From positions 112,964,001 to 113,028,000 of the forward strand of contig NC_042997.1 of the NCBI RefSeq assembly GCF_006345805.1: DNA of 64,000 bases, in the 5' to 3' direction. Below, piece after piece: positions 11,480-25,989 of this stretch. The position numbers were made by a program, and so were the translations under genes. The DNA comes from Octopus sinensis. Lineage: Eukaryota. Each line of letters begins with the position of its first letter. Position 1 is the stretch's first letter. The notes under the pieces were generated by a model. The model saw only the letters and a program-made list of their open reading frames with translations, was not told the origin of the DNA and did no database searches.

Positions 11480-12076
11480 GTTTTGGCCAATCCACGCACA
11501 ACTGTTCAAGAGCTTACTTCTGTATTAGATGTAACTTATACGACAATTTCCAACCACTTGAAAGAGACTGGAAAAACACAAATACTTGAGAAATGGGTGC
11601 CGCACATATTGAATGACACCCCCTGCCCCCCCAAAAAACGATGTTTTGAAGTGTCGTCTTCCCTTCATTTACGCAACAAGAGCGACCCGTTTCTCGACTG
11701 GATTGTGACTTGCAATGAAAAGTGGATTCTTTATGACAACCGGTGATGCTCAGCTCAGTGGTTGGCCACCAACGAAATTCCACGGTATTTCCCAAAACCA
11801 AAGTTGCACCAAAAGAAGGTCATGGTGACTGGTGATCTGCGGTCAGTCTCATCCATCACAGCTTTTTGGATCCAGGCAAAACCATTACGGCAGAGAATTA
11901 CTGTCAGCAAATGGAAGAAATGCATAAGAAACTACGACAACAACAGTCAACATTGGTCAAAAGTGTGTTGATTCTGATGGTGTTTATTTTGATTAATAAA
12001 GTTTCGTTTGAGCCGAGATATGTGCATCTGAATTTAAAGGTTAAAAACCGCAAGAACTTTCTTGACGACCTAGTAC
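11480..12076 (+). mobile_element. Mariner transposase remnant, internally deleted
   Basis: WVPH, VTCNEKWILYDN, PKPKLHQKKVMV motifs with frameshifts; 3' TIR-like end ...cttgacgacctagta. Confidence 0.8.
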
Positions 12077-13311
12077 AATTTAAAGATGCAAATAAGCTTT
12101 TAAATTTGATTGGCTGATTGATTTTCAAAACATAACGGTGTAATCTCTATATAGAAGGATTACACCATTGGCAGTAGGCGAAAATTTACAGAGACATGTA
12201 AAATGAGGCGAGGAAGCAACTGGACTAGGTTAGCAATCTCCATCTCAAAAGCTATGGTTACTAGGGCAACAAAACCCGTTTTCGATCGATTCTACAAGCT
12301 GTGGAGGTCATGTTTTGTGGGCGATTTTAATAAAAGGCACATTTGCGTAATCTACAGGTTCTGTTTAATAATTCGTTGATTTTTTGTGGAAATTGTTGTT
12401 TAAAAGAAAAGATTTTATGAAGAGATTGTGAAAAATGGGAAGGGTGGACTGGCATGTGCAACCTGATCACTTCTGCCACTCAAACTCCCGACTCATGCGT
12501 TCACGTTGCAACTCTGATTCTGAAAAATTGAGTTGGATGTGAGTAATCGCTTTTGAGAGGCTGAATTGTCTATTTGCATACTTGTCTTATTTCAATCAAT
12601 TTTTTAAATAAACTTTCTGTAACAGGATGAGAGGTCCCCGAACTGGATTGGGTGCAGCTCACATCCTTTACATTAAAAACATTAATTGAAGGAAAGAGTC
12701 AAGATTTCCGATTAACTTCAACAGTATAAATATTTATTTCTTGATTCGCAATATATACATTCTTCTTTCAGGGTGAATCGGCAGCCTAGGAGCTTATCGC
12801 AGTGGTCAAATGGAGTGAGCCAAATCCTGTCTGTTCAAGCATAGCAGAGATATGCCATGAGGTAACAGCTTGAGAGAACTGATATAACACGACTGTCCTG
12901 TTCAGCAACTGGCGTTCAAGAGAACGGTATGAGGAAATTTTGCTGCTGCTAGTTTTCTGCACATGCGCATGAGGGAACTTCCGGCAGGCCTCCCAGATGA
13001 ACCCAACTCTGTGCATGCATACTGGAGATTTCCAAGATGGCATCACTACATTTCCATTATTCTTAAGGACTTTTCATTTTTTTTAAATGTGGCCGTTCAA
13101 AAATAGACCCGAATGAAATTGGGTCAAAAAGCTAGTATTTGTTTACAAGCTGGGTGTCTGGTGGGGTTTGAAAATTACCAGTAAGGTACAAATATAAATA
13201 TAAATATTATAAGATTGAGAAAAGTCCTCGCTTAGAATGGTGGGGAAAGCCCAGAAAATAATTAATTAATTGACAATAATTAATAGTGAAATCGGATTGC
13301 AAGATGGATGT

Positions 13312-13540
13312 TTAACCCTTTTATTACTGTATTTCTGTTGAGATGCTCTGTGTTTCTTTCAATTACTTTAAATATAACAAAGAATTTAGTAAAATAACTT
13401 AGTTATCATTAAGCTAGTGTTAGGAACATAAATTGCGACTAAGGTTTAGCGGAAGATTTTAATTCAAAACTTATGCAAACAAGACATTTGTACTACAGAG
13501 CCAGAGCCAGTTTCAGCTGGGTTGGTATCAAAGCGGTTTT
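13312..13540. mobile_element. piggyBac-like MITE (TTAA-CCCTTT end); inverted copy at 57263-57490
   Basis: ttaaccctttt start; homologous copy bounded by ttaaccc...aggttaa. Confidence 0.55.
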
Positions 13541-13824
13541 AAAAATGAGATAAAAATAAATGATATTAAAGTAAATAGAAAATGCAATAACAAATGGACA
13601 ATTTTTCAGCTTCAATAAAAGCATATTGCTCTACCTTCTGTATTCGAGTACTATTTTTTCCATCTTGTTTTGCATTTATGTACTCACCTGTGTGTACATA
13701 TACAGGATATCCTAAAAGGCACTAATGAGTTTTAATTTTTAATAACTTCCTTAACTTTACAAATAAATGCATGAAATTTTGATGCAATATAAAGGACATA
13801 ATGGAAATTAATACATCTTAAAAA

Positions 13825-14057
13825 AGGCGGCGAGCTGGCAGAAATGTTAGCACGTCGGGCGAAATGCATAGCCGTATTTCGTCTGCCATTACGTTCTGAG
13901 TTCAAATTCCGCCAAGGTCGACTTTGCCTTTCATCCTTTTGGGGTCGATAAATTAAGTACCAGTTACACACTGGAGTCGATGTAATCAACTTAATCTGTT
14001 TGTCTGTCCTTGTTTGTCTCCTATGTGTTTAGCCCCTTGTGAGTAATAAAGAAATAG
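13825..14057 (+). mobile_element. SINE family C (Nin/Deu-domain-like gcctttcatcctt..ggggtcgataaattaagtaccag)
   Basis: B-box-like gagttcaaattc; many copies in the window. Confidence 0.75.
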
Positions 14058-14214
14058 GAAATTAATATGTCCAAGTCAAGTTTTGCAACACCACTGTATC
14101 AAATATGAAAAAGGACATCACTTAAATGGCAACCATTTTCGGCTTTACACGGCTGTACTCTTTCCAAAACTTGCTCCATAACACCCTCAAGAGTTTCAGA
14201 CCCTGCTTCTTTTA

Positions 14215-14660
14215 TTTTGCTATTGATGTTGGATTGTACCTTGGATCGTAGGGTGACCTGCTGTGCTTGAGGGGACCTATTGAGTCAAGTACATCAACAT
14301 CAAAATAAATATCAAATGGAAATTGTAGTTGTGATACCTGTGCTGGTGGTACGTAAAAAGCACCATCCGAACGTGGCCGATGCCAGCCCCACCTTGACTG
14401 GCTTCTGTGCCGGTGGCATGTAAAAAGCACCAACCAATCATGGCCGCTGCCAGCCTCTCCTGGCACCTGTGCTGGTGGCACATAAAAAGCACCCACTACA
14501 CTCACGAAGTGGTTGGCGTTAGGAAGGGCATCCAGCTGTAGAAACACTGCCAGATCAGACTGGAGCCTGGTGCAGCCGCCTGACTTCCCAGACCCTGGTC
14601 AAACCGTCCAACCCATACAAGCATGGAAAACGGACGTTAAACGATGATGATGATGATGAT
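14215..14660 (+). mobile_element. SINE family A
   Basis: Conserved core and tail. Confidence 0.8.
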
Positions 14661-15699
14661 GTTTTCCTTCAGTTACACTAGGGTCTCCAGTTTGTTGACA
14701 TAAACCCTCTCTTTCAGGTATCCCCACAAGAAAAAAATCTGGGTTAGCCAAGTCATTCATGTATTTGTAAAGTTAAGGATTTTATTAAAAATTGAAATCC
14801 ATCAGTGGCTTTTGGGACACTCTGTATGTGTGTGTGTGTATAAGGGTGCATTGCTGTGAAGGTGCATGGCTCAATAGTTAGAGCATTGGGCTCACAATCA
14901 CAAAGTAATGAGTTCCATTTCCACACCGGGTTGTGTGGCGCTCTTGAGCAAGACACTTTATTTCACATTGCTCCAATTCACTCAGCTGTAGAAATAAGTT
15001 GTGATGTTACAGGTGCCAAACTGTATTGGCCCCTTTGCCTTTCCCTTGGATGACATCAGTGGCGTGGAAAGGGGAAGTTAGTATTCATGGGCAACTGCTG
15101 GTCTTCCATAAAACAACCTTGCCCGGACTTGTGCTTGGAGGGTAACTTTCTAGGTGCAATCCCATGCTCATTCATGACTGAAGGGATCTTTACCCTTTTA
15201 TATATATATATACAAATGGCTGAATGAATTATCCTTTGTTTACCGTTAACATGGAAAATTCAATAAACAGCTACCAGGGTAGCAAAATTCATGCAAGTAA
15301 CAAAGATGTAGTGACCTATTCAAAGGTAGAAACTCCGGATTAATGTGCAGTAATTTGTGTAGTATAAGTAAATAAATGGAGTTGAATGCAGACGCTATTC
15401 AAATTCTTTTACTTTCAACATATGTTTCGAAAACAATATTGGTTTTATTCTAAAGGAATAAACGGTGTAAAATGCAATCTTCTCATCAGGAAAGAGAGAG
15501 AACCTATCTCTACAAGACATTATAACAATTTTGATGACTGCATATATATATATAATATAATATAATTTGGGTAGTAATCTCAAAACGTGCATTTCAAAGT
15601 TCTTATACAGTTCTTGGTTACTCTATGCCATCATTAAGAGCAGTGCTGTCAAAGTCACTCACTCACTGTTGCTTTTTTTTAAAATTTTTATCGAAGCAT

Positions 15700-17500
15700 C
15701 ATCCAGTGAGGCTGATTGCTTGGGCCAGCCTGACTACCCCTCTCCATCCCTCCTCATCCTCCATTAATGTTTTTAGGTCTTCAACTTGACATCCAAGATC
15801 TTCTGCAAGCTGTTCTATATATACTCTTCCGTGGTCTTCCAGCTGCTGTGGTACCATGATTTGGTGTCCACAGCAACACATTATTCACAAGTTCTTCACT
15901 TCTTCAGCAGTGGCCAACAAACCTCAATCTTCACTCTTGGACGGCTGATGAGAAACATTCCCTTATAACCGTGGTTTTATTGGGTGCTCCTTCCAAGAGA
16001 TGTTGAGCACTGCATGTAAGATTCTGGTGTAGGCACCGTCCAGCATGCACCTATGTCTCTTGGTGAGAGTCCAAGTCAGAGATCCATATACAAACACAGA
16101 TTCAACAACTGCTCTGAAAAATTGTCTTTCAATTTATCTGGTAGGGTTGATTTCCATATTGTTCTAAGACCATCTTTCGCTGCCCAATATTGTTCTAAGG
16201 CCATCTTTCCATATTGTTCTAAGACCATCTTTCCATATTGTTCTAAGACCATCTTTCGCTGCCCAAGCCTTAGCAATGCAAGATTTAATATCTTTTTCAG
16301 GGGACATAATATTGCTGCCATTTTTCAAGGGCTTCTGTTTGATGTTCCTGATTTCACCTGATGTGTTCAGGGTGATAAACTCTGTTTTCTTTTCATTCAC
16401 ATATAGTCTTATATTTGCAGCAGCATTTTCCAGGAGATGGAGTAAATGTTCAGTAGCTTTTGTGCTGTCTGTGAAGAGCACTCTGTCATCAGTATAACTG
16501 GTATCACTCAAGCAGGCTGCTGGATATTTTCTGCTTCTAGACTTTTGTAAAGTGAAACCCAGATCATTGTGTTAATCTATTGGGGTACACAATACTTAAT
16601 CAAGACACAGGATGAACAAGTAAGGAGCTACTGTGCCACCCTATAGTACTCCTGCATGAACATCAAGGGAGTCAGCATTTCCATCTGGTGACTGCACTTT
16701 TGCTTAGGTGTTTTTATACAGCATTATTACTACATTTATTTTTCGTTTTTGGATTTGGTTTGCAAGATTCTTTATATGAGTTCGTGTGTTGAAGCATATT
16801 CTATTGTGTCTGGGGAGAGTAATTTTCTTTTTGTGCCTTATAATGTAACACACTCACTGGTAAAATTTCTACTTTTTTCTTATTTTTATTGTCCTAAAAT
16901 TTTCGTTTTTGTTGCATCTTGAACTATTGAAAATGTTGCAAGATGCAACGAAAACGAAAATTTTAGGACAATAAAAATAAGAAAAATGTAGAAATTTTAC
17001 CGGTGAGTGTGTTACATAATAAGGCACAAAAAGAAAATTACTCTCCCCAGACACAATAGAATACTGCATTTATTGTTTCGTCAGGGATTCCATATTCCGT
17101 AATGATTTCTGCCATCTTATCTCTGCGTACAGAGTCAAAGGCCTTGGAGAAATCAACAAAGAGCAGAACTGCATTAAGGTTTTTGGCTCGTACTCCTTCC
17201 AACATCCTCCTAACTGTGAGAATTTGACCAGATGTAGAGCGGGTCTTCCTCAATCCATTTTGATTTTTCTTAAGAACTCTTTCAATTTGAGGTTGGATTC
17301 GATTGAGTAGAAATGCATTATAAATCTTCACTACAATTGGTGTTAATGTAATTCCTCTGTAGTTCATTGCAAAGCCCAGATTCCCTTTTTTGAGGAAAGG
17401 CAGAATACATCCTTCTGTCCAGATTTTTATCTCACTTTGAGAAGAATGTCTTGAAATTGCTGGTTTTCTAGACTCCAGGAAGGATGTCGTCCAATCTTGC
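15700..17500 (-). mobile_element. RTE-like LINE ORF2 remnant (RT and 3' region)
   Basis: NYRGITL...QNGLRK.RST...FVDFSKAFDSV and YTDD; frameshifts; short tandem expansion at 16176-16260; interrupted by the fold-back insert. Confidence 0.85.
16741..17061. mobile_element. Second fold-back insert of the same family, inside an RTE remnant
   Basis: TSD tactacatttatt (16728-16740) / tactgcatttatt (17062-17074); long left arm followed by a shorter inverted arm. Confidence 0.75.
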
Positions 17501-19394
17501 AGCTTTTTGAATATAAAACTGGAAAACTGAAAGTTAAAGCCAAAACTGAAAGTTAAATTTCCTTGTAAATGTTTACATCATGGTGAATACCTCCAAGCTG
17601 GCATTTATGTAGAAAACACTGGTGGTGCTGTTGTTGAGTGAAATGGCTCCTAGGAGAGGTTAATGAAAACTCAAGTGTTATGTATAAATGCAGGCTACAT
17701 CCTGTAGGTTTCTGTTATACTTAAATCATATGGTATATTAGAATATTTAAAAGAGCAGAGCATTAATGTTGCAGTCCATTGAATAAGGTACTGTTTAGTA
17801 TTTTTTAAATTATCAATATATTTTTTCATTACTATATTTCTGACCAAAATACACCCCTCATGAGTTTCAATTAAATTCTAAAATAATCATGAATTTAGGC
17901 TTGTTTCATTAAATAACTCTAACTTTTTTACTTTTTCTCGATATCTCCCTATTTTCCGTAGAAAAAGCTTTAAATTTGGAATCAATGCTTAATAACATGA
18001 AACTCCTATCCATTTTCAAAGTTGAAGAAAAATCGTTGCCGAAAAAAATGTGGAAAAAAATCTCCCAAAATTCACTGAGTTGAGATATCACTTCAAGCAA
18101 TGTTGGATACTATAACCCAACTATTTACAAAGTGAAATCACATGTTTTAACAAATGTACCAATGAGATTTGGGTTCAAATTTACATTTAAATAACAATAG
18201 GTTCTCTTGGCCGGTTACGGCCGGGTTGATATTATGAACCAAAAAATTTTTCGGCCGGGTTGCAGTTTAGAACTTTTTCTTTTCTCTGTTTCATAGTGCA
18301 TGTTCTGTCTTTGAAATGCAAGAACTACTTGTTAACAAGAATGCATGGTGCCATACTAACATCGTTTCCTTCGTTCCTTTTATTTTCACTTTGTGAAATA
18401 AACTAATAGGACATTATGAGGTAATCTAAGCAGATTTTGGTTTGAAAGAGAAAGCCTTGCTTCTTAGATATATTTTGGTGTTACATATTCTACACTTTCA
18501 CAACTGGAACTGGAACTGTTAAAGAGGCTGCATTGTGAGGTGTGTTAATTCAACGAAGGTTTCTTTATTTAAATTTTATTTTTTCAATGCAGTCAACAAT
18601 GTTTGATGCTTGTAGTGGATGTTCAGCCTCTGATATGCAAAAAATATTCACTGTGTACCTCTAAACTAGGGGCTAGCAAAATAGTCAGTGTTGACCCTTG
18701 CTAGGTCTATGTGGCTATCCAAGTGAATTGATCTTAAACATTCTACTTATTCTCAACAACTAAAACCTTTAAAGTACCCAGGTCCTGGCAGTGTCTTTAT
18801 TCAACAAAGGTTTGTCAATCAGATTCGCTACACTCACGGAGTGGTTGGCGTTAGGAAGGGCGTCCAGCTGTAGAAACACTGCCAGTTCAGACTGGAGCCT
18901 GGTGCAGCCTCCTGGCTTCCCAGACCCCGGTCAAACCGTCCAACCCATGCTAGCATGGAAAACGGACGTTAAATGATGATGATGATGATGATACCTTTTT
19001 TTTTATATTGTTTTCCAATTTTCTTATCTTTTTCATGTTGTCTTGAGTAATTAATATCAGTAACAGCCACTCTGCCTCTCATAATACAAACAGGTTAACT
19101 TGTTTTTTTTCTCAGAAGTTGTGTCTGTCTTAAAGAGAAGTCCTTTCTTTTCAAATACAGTTTTTACTGTATTGTGAATAGGTTTGTTGTAATGAGGGAT
19201 CAACGGAAAGTGTAAACCCTTGCTTCTGGAAACTTTATAAAGGTTTTAAATTGTAAATTACTATAAATTAATTAACCATCTTTAATTTTTAGTACCTAAT
19301 GATTACTTATAATTCTGTTTAAGAATGGCAACCAGTTCAATAGTAATAGTGGGGAAAGGAGTTCGGAAAATTCACAAAATCTGAGTTTTTCCTT

Positions 19395-19805
19395 TACTCT
19401 TTTACTTGTTTCAGTCATGTGACTGTAGCCATGCTGGAGCACTTCCTTTAGTCAAGCAAATCAACCCCAGGACTTATTCTTTGTAAGCCTAGTACTTATT
19501 CTATTGGTCTCTTTTGCTAAACCGCTAAGTTACGGGGACGTAAACACACCAGCATCAGTTGTCAAGCAATGATGCGGGGTGGACAAACAGACACACAAAT
19601 ACACACACACACATATATATATACATATACATATACATATATACGACGGGCTTCTTTCAGTTTCCATCTACTAAATCCACTCACAAGGCTTTGGTCGGCC
19701 CGAGGCTATAGTAGAAGACACTTGCCCAAGGTGCCATGCAGTGGGACTGAACCTGGAACCATGTGGCTGGTAAGCAAGCTACTTACCACACAGCCACTCC
19801 TACAC
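19395..19805 (-). mobile_element. SINE family B
   Basis: Homology to 45800-46195. Confidence 0.8.
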
Positions 19806-19969
19806 CTTCATAACTTTTAGGAAAATGGGGTTTTTTCAATGAAATTTTATACAAATACCTTTCAAACAGCATATATTACAATTATAAACTAATTTGTGGG
19901 GTAAATCTTTTCCCAGGGGTGGGGAGAGGACTTTGGAAAATTCACAAATTCGAGTTTTTCCCTCATAAC

Positions 19970-20018
<49 letters not shown>

Positions 20019-20123
20019 GTGTATGTGTGCGTATGTATATATATATGTAAATATGTATGTATATAATATATATATATATAATATATTTATGTATGTATGT
20101 ATGTATGTATCTATCTATCTATC

Positions 20124-20181
<58 letters not shown>

Positions 20182-20554
20182 GACAGATAAAGTAATAATG
20201 ACTGCATGAGAATAACGACGAAGGGTTAAAAAGCATAAAAATAATTGAAAATGAAACAAAATTGAAGGCAAAACACTAAAAATTATTGAAAGTGGGTAGA
20301 AATAAACACTAAGTAATGTAGTAGTACTATGCTAGGGTATCTGTAGAAAATTGAATGGGATTTCGGAATATAACAATGTAAAATTCGGATCTTGGGAATT
20401 TTCTGAAAGTCCGCTCCCCACCTCAAGATTCTCCCCACTAATTTCTTTATAATCGTAATGTGCGTCAGTTGAAAGGTATTTATATAAAATTTCATTGAAA
20501 AAAAAACGCCATTTTCCTAAAAGTTAGGAATTTGTGAATTTTGAGTGGTTAATT

Positions 20555-20820
20555 TTCTGAACTCCTCTCCCCACCCCATTGGAAAAAGTTTTCCACACAA
20601 ATTTCTTTATAATCGTAATATATGCCGTTTGAAATGTATTTCTATAAAATTTCATTGAAAAAACCCCATTTTCTTAAAAGTTATGAGGGAAAAACTCAGA
20701 TTTTGTGAATTTTCTGAACTCCTCTCCCCACCCCATTGGAAAAATTTTTCCACATAAATTTCTTTATAATCGTAATATATGCCGTTTGAAATGTATTTCT
20801 ATAAAATTTCATTGAAAAAA
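20555..20820. repeat. Tandem duplication of about 160-bp period
   Basis: ttctgaactcctctccccaccccattggaaaaa...aaaatttcattgaaaaaa occurs twice. Confidence 0.75.
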
Positions 20821-21451
20821 AAGCTCATTTCAATAAACTGTCCATCACTTAACTTTTGGCACCCTTTTTAGAGTTGCTTTGTATTATTGCTAAAATGAAG
20901 AAAACATTTCCTGCCCTTTATTTTCAACACATTTTCTCCCCCTTTGTGCTCATCACATTTACAACAGGACAAAAACATTCAGATGTCTTCTCTGCTTTTT
21001 TTCTTCTCCCATCCTTTCCCCCATTCAGTTTCGTTATTTCATTTATAAAGCAGCATCTCCTTTAAAACATTTGACCCGAATGGATATTGGCATTTTTTGT
21101 TTTTGCCTTCTGAAGTACTTCAGCATTCAAAAGTAACTTGTATTTGGAAGTGAAGTGCTAATTGTATGTATGTGTGTATGTATGTATGTATGTATGTATG
21201 TATGTATGTATGTATGTATGTATGTATGTATGTATGTACGTACGTACGTACATACGTATGTATGTATGTATGCATGTATGTATGTATGTATGTCGTTATT
21301 CAGTTTACTTCAAAATTTTTTTACCAATAGAGAAAGAACCAGTTTCTAACCTAGATCCAAGGTTCCTTCATTGGAATTTCAACATCAACAACTGGGTATT
21401 TTTGTATGTATGTATGTGGAAATTTGTATGTTTTATCTATGTATTCTCATG

Positions 21452-21780
21452 CATCATCATCATCATCACCATCGTTTAACGTCCGCTTTCCATGCAGGCA
21501 TGGATTGGATGGTTTGCCTGAGGACTGGCAAGCCAGAAGGCTGCACCAGGCTCCAATCTGATCTGGCAAAGTTTCTACAGCTGGATGCCCTTCCTAATGC
21601 CAACCACTACAAGAGTGTAGTGGGTGCTTTTTACATTCCACCAGCATGGGAGCCAATCAGGTGGCGCTGGTAATGACCATGCTCAAATGGTGCTTTTTAC
21701 GTGCTACTGGCATGGGAGCCAGTCAGGCAACACTGTAAATGATCATGATCGAATGGTGCTTTTTACATGCCACCAGTTGG
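21452..21780 (-). mobile_element. SINE family A
   Basis: Conserved core and tail. Confidence 0.75.
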
Positions 21781-24620
21781 GGTGCTGGATGGACCATAGG
21801 CTTTTGTGTGCTAAGGTGAATTCTGTTGCCAAGCCTAAGGTTAGAGCAAACAAGGACACGTTACCTAAACGAATCGATGTCAGTAAACTTAAGATTCCGT
21901 CAGTACAGAATGAGTTTGTGAGTGAGATAAATAATTTGCCCTGTGAGGAAAATTGTAATTTGTTCAAAGAGTCAGTCTATGAGATTTGTAGTAACATTCT
22001 TGGTTTTGTCATGAAAAAGCACCAGGATTGGTTTGGTGATAATGAGGAAGAAATTGATCTTATCTTAGAGGAGAAGCAAAAGGAATTCAACATGTTGTAA
22101 AATGCTGACTTTTCAAGGAACAAGGACAATGGTTACACATTTCAAGGCAGTAAAAGCAACAGTACAGAGGAAGCTGAAGATGATGCAGAAAAATTGGTGG
22201 AGTGATAGATGCGATGAAATCTAAGAAGCTTCAAATGCTAATAATTCCAAGCGTTTTTACTCTCTCTTGAAAAAAGTTTATGGTCCAACTTCATCAATGG
22301 TTGCTCCACTTTGAAGCAAGGATGGCACAGAATTATTAAGAAATCCTAAAGATATTGTTGGGAGATGGAAAGAGCATTTTGATGAGTTGCTCAATAGATC
22401 CACTGAAGTTGATTACTTTGGTCTTGATAATATATCTGGAAGACCAACAAAGCATCCTTTAGCAGAGGTTCCAAACCTGATGGAAATAAAAGCTGTGATC
22501 GGAAAATTGAACAATGGAAAGGCTCCTGATATGGATGGATTAGGTGTAGAGATATAGAAACACGGTGGTGAACATCTCTATACAATGTTGATTCAGAGGG
22601 TTTGATATAGTGGATTCTCAGGATTGGCATGGTGCAATAATGGAGAGACTCTATAAATCAAAAGGTGGAAAGGATCATCATCATCATCATCATCGTTTAA
22701 TGTCCGCTTTCCATGCTAGCATGGATTGGACGATTTTGACTGAGGGCTGGTGAACCAGATGGCTGCACCAGGCTTCAATCTTGATCTGGCAGAGTTTCTA
22801 CAGCTGGATGCCCTTCCTAACGCCAACCACTCCGAGAGTGTAGTGGGTGCTTTTTACGAGCCACCGGCATGGGGGCCAGCCAGGTGGTACTGGCAATGAC
22901 CTTGCTCAAATCTTTTTACACATACCACTAGCGCAGGTGCCAGTAAGGTGACGTTGGTAACGATCACGCTCGAATGGTGCTCTTTTACATGCCATCAGCA
23001 CGGGGGCCAGCCAGGCAGTACTGACAATGACCTTGCTTGAATCTTTTTACACATGCCACCAGCGCAGGTGCCAGTAAGGTGACGTTGGTAATGATCACGC
23101 TCGAATGGTGCTCTTTTATGTGCCACAGGCATGGAAGCCAGTTGGCTGCTCTGGCAACGATCATGCTTGGATGGTGCTCTTGGGACCCTACTTGCATGGG
23201 CACAAGTGCCAGTAAGGCAACGCTGGTAATGATCACACTCAAATGGTGCCCTTTTATGTGCCACTGGCATGGAAGCCAGTTAGCTGCTCTGTCAAACGAT
23301 CACACTCGTATGGTGCTCTTTGCACCCCGCTAGCACGGATGCCAGTCATCAAATTTGATTTTGTTCCATGGCATCTGTCTGTTAGCTGTCATTAGAAAGG
23401 TCCTTTGTAGAGTAATGCTGGATAGATTCTGCACATTGTTGATGACATTCTACCAGAATCACAATGTGGGTTTAGAGGTAGTAGGAGTTCTATAGATATG
23501 ATATTTTCAGCTAGACACTTACAAGAGAAGTGCATTGAACAGGATACAGACTTATATAATTGATCTGACGAAAGTGTTTGATTCTGTCTTTAGAGTTGGA
23601 CTTTGGAAGATCCTGATAAAGCTAGACTGTCCTGAAAAATTTGTGAGAATGCTTAGACAATTTCATGACAAGATGGAAGTGAGAGTTAATGTTGGAGGTA
23701 CCTTCTCAGATGTAATTTCTGTAGAAAATGGTGTAAAACAAGGTGACAGTCCTGCTTTTACATTGTTTGTTTTGTATTTTGCAATTGTCTTTCAAATAGC
23801 TTTTGAAGATTGCACTGAAGGGGTCTGCATAAGATATAGGCCAGTAGGAAAACTTTTCAACCTCAAAAGACTTTATACCAAAATGAAAGTTCTTCATTCT
23901 CTCATCACTGAGTTCTTGTATGCAAATGATTGTGACCTGTTGGCACATTCCCAGGAAGATGTGCAACACAGGATAAATGCGATTTCTGCAGCATATACAG
24001 CTTTGGGCCTTATAATCAACTTGAAAAACATTTTCTAATCAACCAGCTTGCCCCTTTTAAGCTTTATGTAGAATGTTCTATAACTGTGAATGGTCAAAGG
24101 TTGGAAGTTGTAACTAAATTCATTTATTTAGGAAGTACTTTGAGCATTGCAGGTCTTGATGATGAAATTTCATACAGACTCAGCAAGGCTGGTAGTGCCT
24201 TTTGTATGCTTGACAGGTGCCTCTGGTCATGCCATAGTATATTTTTCCAAATTAAAATTAGGGTTTATAACACATGTGTCCTGCCATCTTTTCTATATGG
24301 AAGTGAGACCTGGGTTGTTTATCCTAGGCATTTAAGGCATTTGGAATGATATCATTAATATTGTCTTAGGAAAATTCTTGGAATAAATTGGAAAATGGCC
24401 ATCAGTGATGTGGAGGTAGTTGAGAGAAGTTGTAGTAGAAATGTAGAATCAATGATTCTGCAAAGTCATTTGAGGTGGGGTGGTCATCTGGTAAGAATCA
24501 ATGGTGGAAGACTTCTCAAGCAACTTCTGTATTGTGAGCTGGAAGATGTAGGAGACCAAGACATGAACTCAAAATGAGGTTCAAGGACTGCCTTTTCAAT
24601 TGTTGATTGGGAGCGGGAAG
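21780..24620 (+). mobile_element. RTE-BovB-like LINE ORF2 remnant interrupted by a SINE (22676-23365)
   Basis: DLTKVFDSV, GVKQG, LYANDC, FIYLGS, LYGSETW, LRWGGHLVR motifs with stops and frameshifts. Confidence 0.85.
22676..23365 (-). mobile_element. SINE family A with internal repeats
   Basis: Conserved core and tail; interrupts the RTE. Confidence 0.8.
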
Positions 24621-24632
24621 CACAAGACCGAG

Positions 24633-24699
24633 ATGTTTGTGTATGTATGTACATGTGTGTGTGTGTGTATGTGTGTGTATGTATGTATGTGTATGTATG

Positions 24700-24731
<32 letters not shown>

Positions 24732-25460
24732 CATGTATGTATGTATGCATGTATGTGTGTATATGTTTGTGTATGTATGTACGTGTGTGTGTGTATGTGT
24801 GTGTATGTATATATGTATGCATGTATGTGTGTATATGTTTGTGTATGTATGTATGTGTGTGTATGTGTGTGTATGTATGTATGTATGTATGTGTGTGTAT
24901 GTATGTATGCATGTATGTGTGTATATGTTTGTATATGTATGTATGTGTGTGTATGCATGTGTATGTATGTATGTATGTGTATGTGTGTGTATGTATGTAT
25001 GCATGTATGTGTGTATATGTTTGTGTATGTATGTATGTATGTGTATGTGTGTGTATGTATGCATGTATGTGTGTATATGTTTGTGTATGTATGTATGAGT
25101 GTGTGCGTGTGTATGTATGTATGTGTATGTGTGTGTACGTATGTATGTATGCATGTATGTGTGTATATGTTTGTGTATGTATGTATGTATGTATGTATGT
25201 GTATGTGTGTGTATGTATGTATGCATGTATGTGTGTATATGTTTGTGTATGTATGTATGTGTGTGTGTATGCATGTGTATGTATGTGTATGTGTGTGTAT
25301 GTATGTATGCATGTATGTGTGTATATGTTTGTGTATGTATGTATGTGTGTGTGTATGTATGTATGTATGCATGTATGTGTGTATATGTTTGTGTATATAT
25401 GTATGTGTGTGTGTATGTATGTATGTATGTGTATGTGTGTGTATGTATGGATGGATGGAT
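24633..25460. repeat. Compound (TG/TATG) microsatellite with a higher-order unit
   Basis: Recurring gcatgtatgtgtgtatatgtttgtgtatgt anchor about every 60 bp. Confidence 0.9.
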
Positions 25461-25989
25461 GTAGGTATGCGTATAAACTGATGCCGTATGTATAAGCACA
25501 CCCACAAACTGTCATAAACTGAACCACACCAACCAACCAACCAACCAACCAGCCAGCCAGCCAGCCAGCCAACCAATGACTATATACATCATAATTGTTT
25601 CGTCTTTATTGATACTTTTAAAACCACATCCCATTGCATGATAGACCGGGATGTGCGAGTTCAACTAATGCCTGGCAAAAACCATTATTACCCCGTGCAT
25701 GTAAGGGAAAGCAGGATATTGCAATCACTTAAAATAATATAATAATGAAATTATTGTATACAGTGCTCATGTGCACTACAACTTGTCAAAAGTGCGTATG
25801 ACAAGTCTTGTTTGTCTGTGTTTGCAAAATTACTAGAATATGACTGAATGGATTTTTTACCCAGTTTGGCAGAAATAATCATTGGGTGAGTGACTTGAAA
25901 TGACAAACATTTGGTTTGATTATCTTTAAGGTAAAAAAAATTTTTTTTTAATTGAACTTACAAATTTACCTATAAGCAAGTAGTCATAT

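Larger units (their letters stand above)
13701..14826 (-). mobile_element. Deleted Tc1/mariner (maT/rosa-like) element interrupted by two SINEs
   Basis: TIRs tacaggatatcctaaaag / cttttgggacactctgta; minus-strand DFFLWGYLKERVY and ENGCHL remnants. Confidence 0.6.

Noticed and set aside
12257-12270. Second X-box-like motif GTTACTAGGGCAAC
   Set aside because: Weaker match, probably inside an unclassified repeat, no supporting exon
24484-25576. Long ORFs of 280-360 aa in several frames
   Set aside because: Translations of the TG/TATG microsatellite
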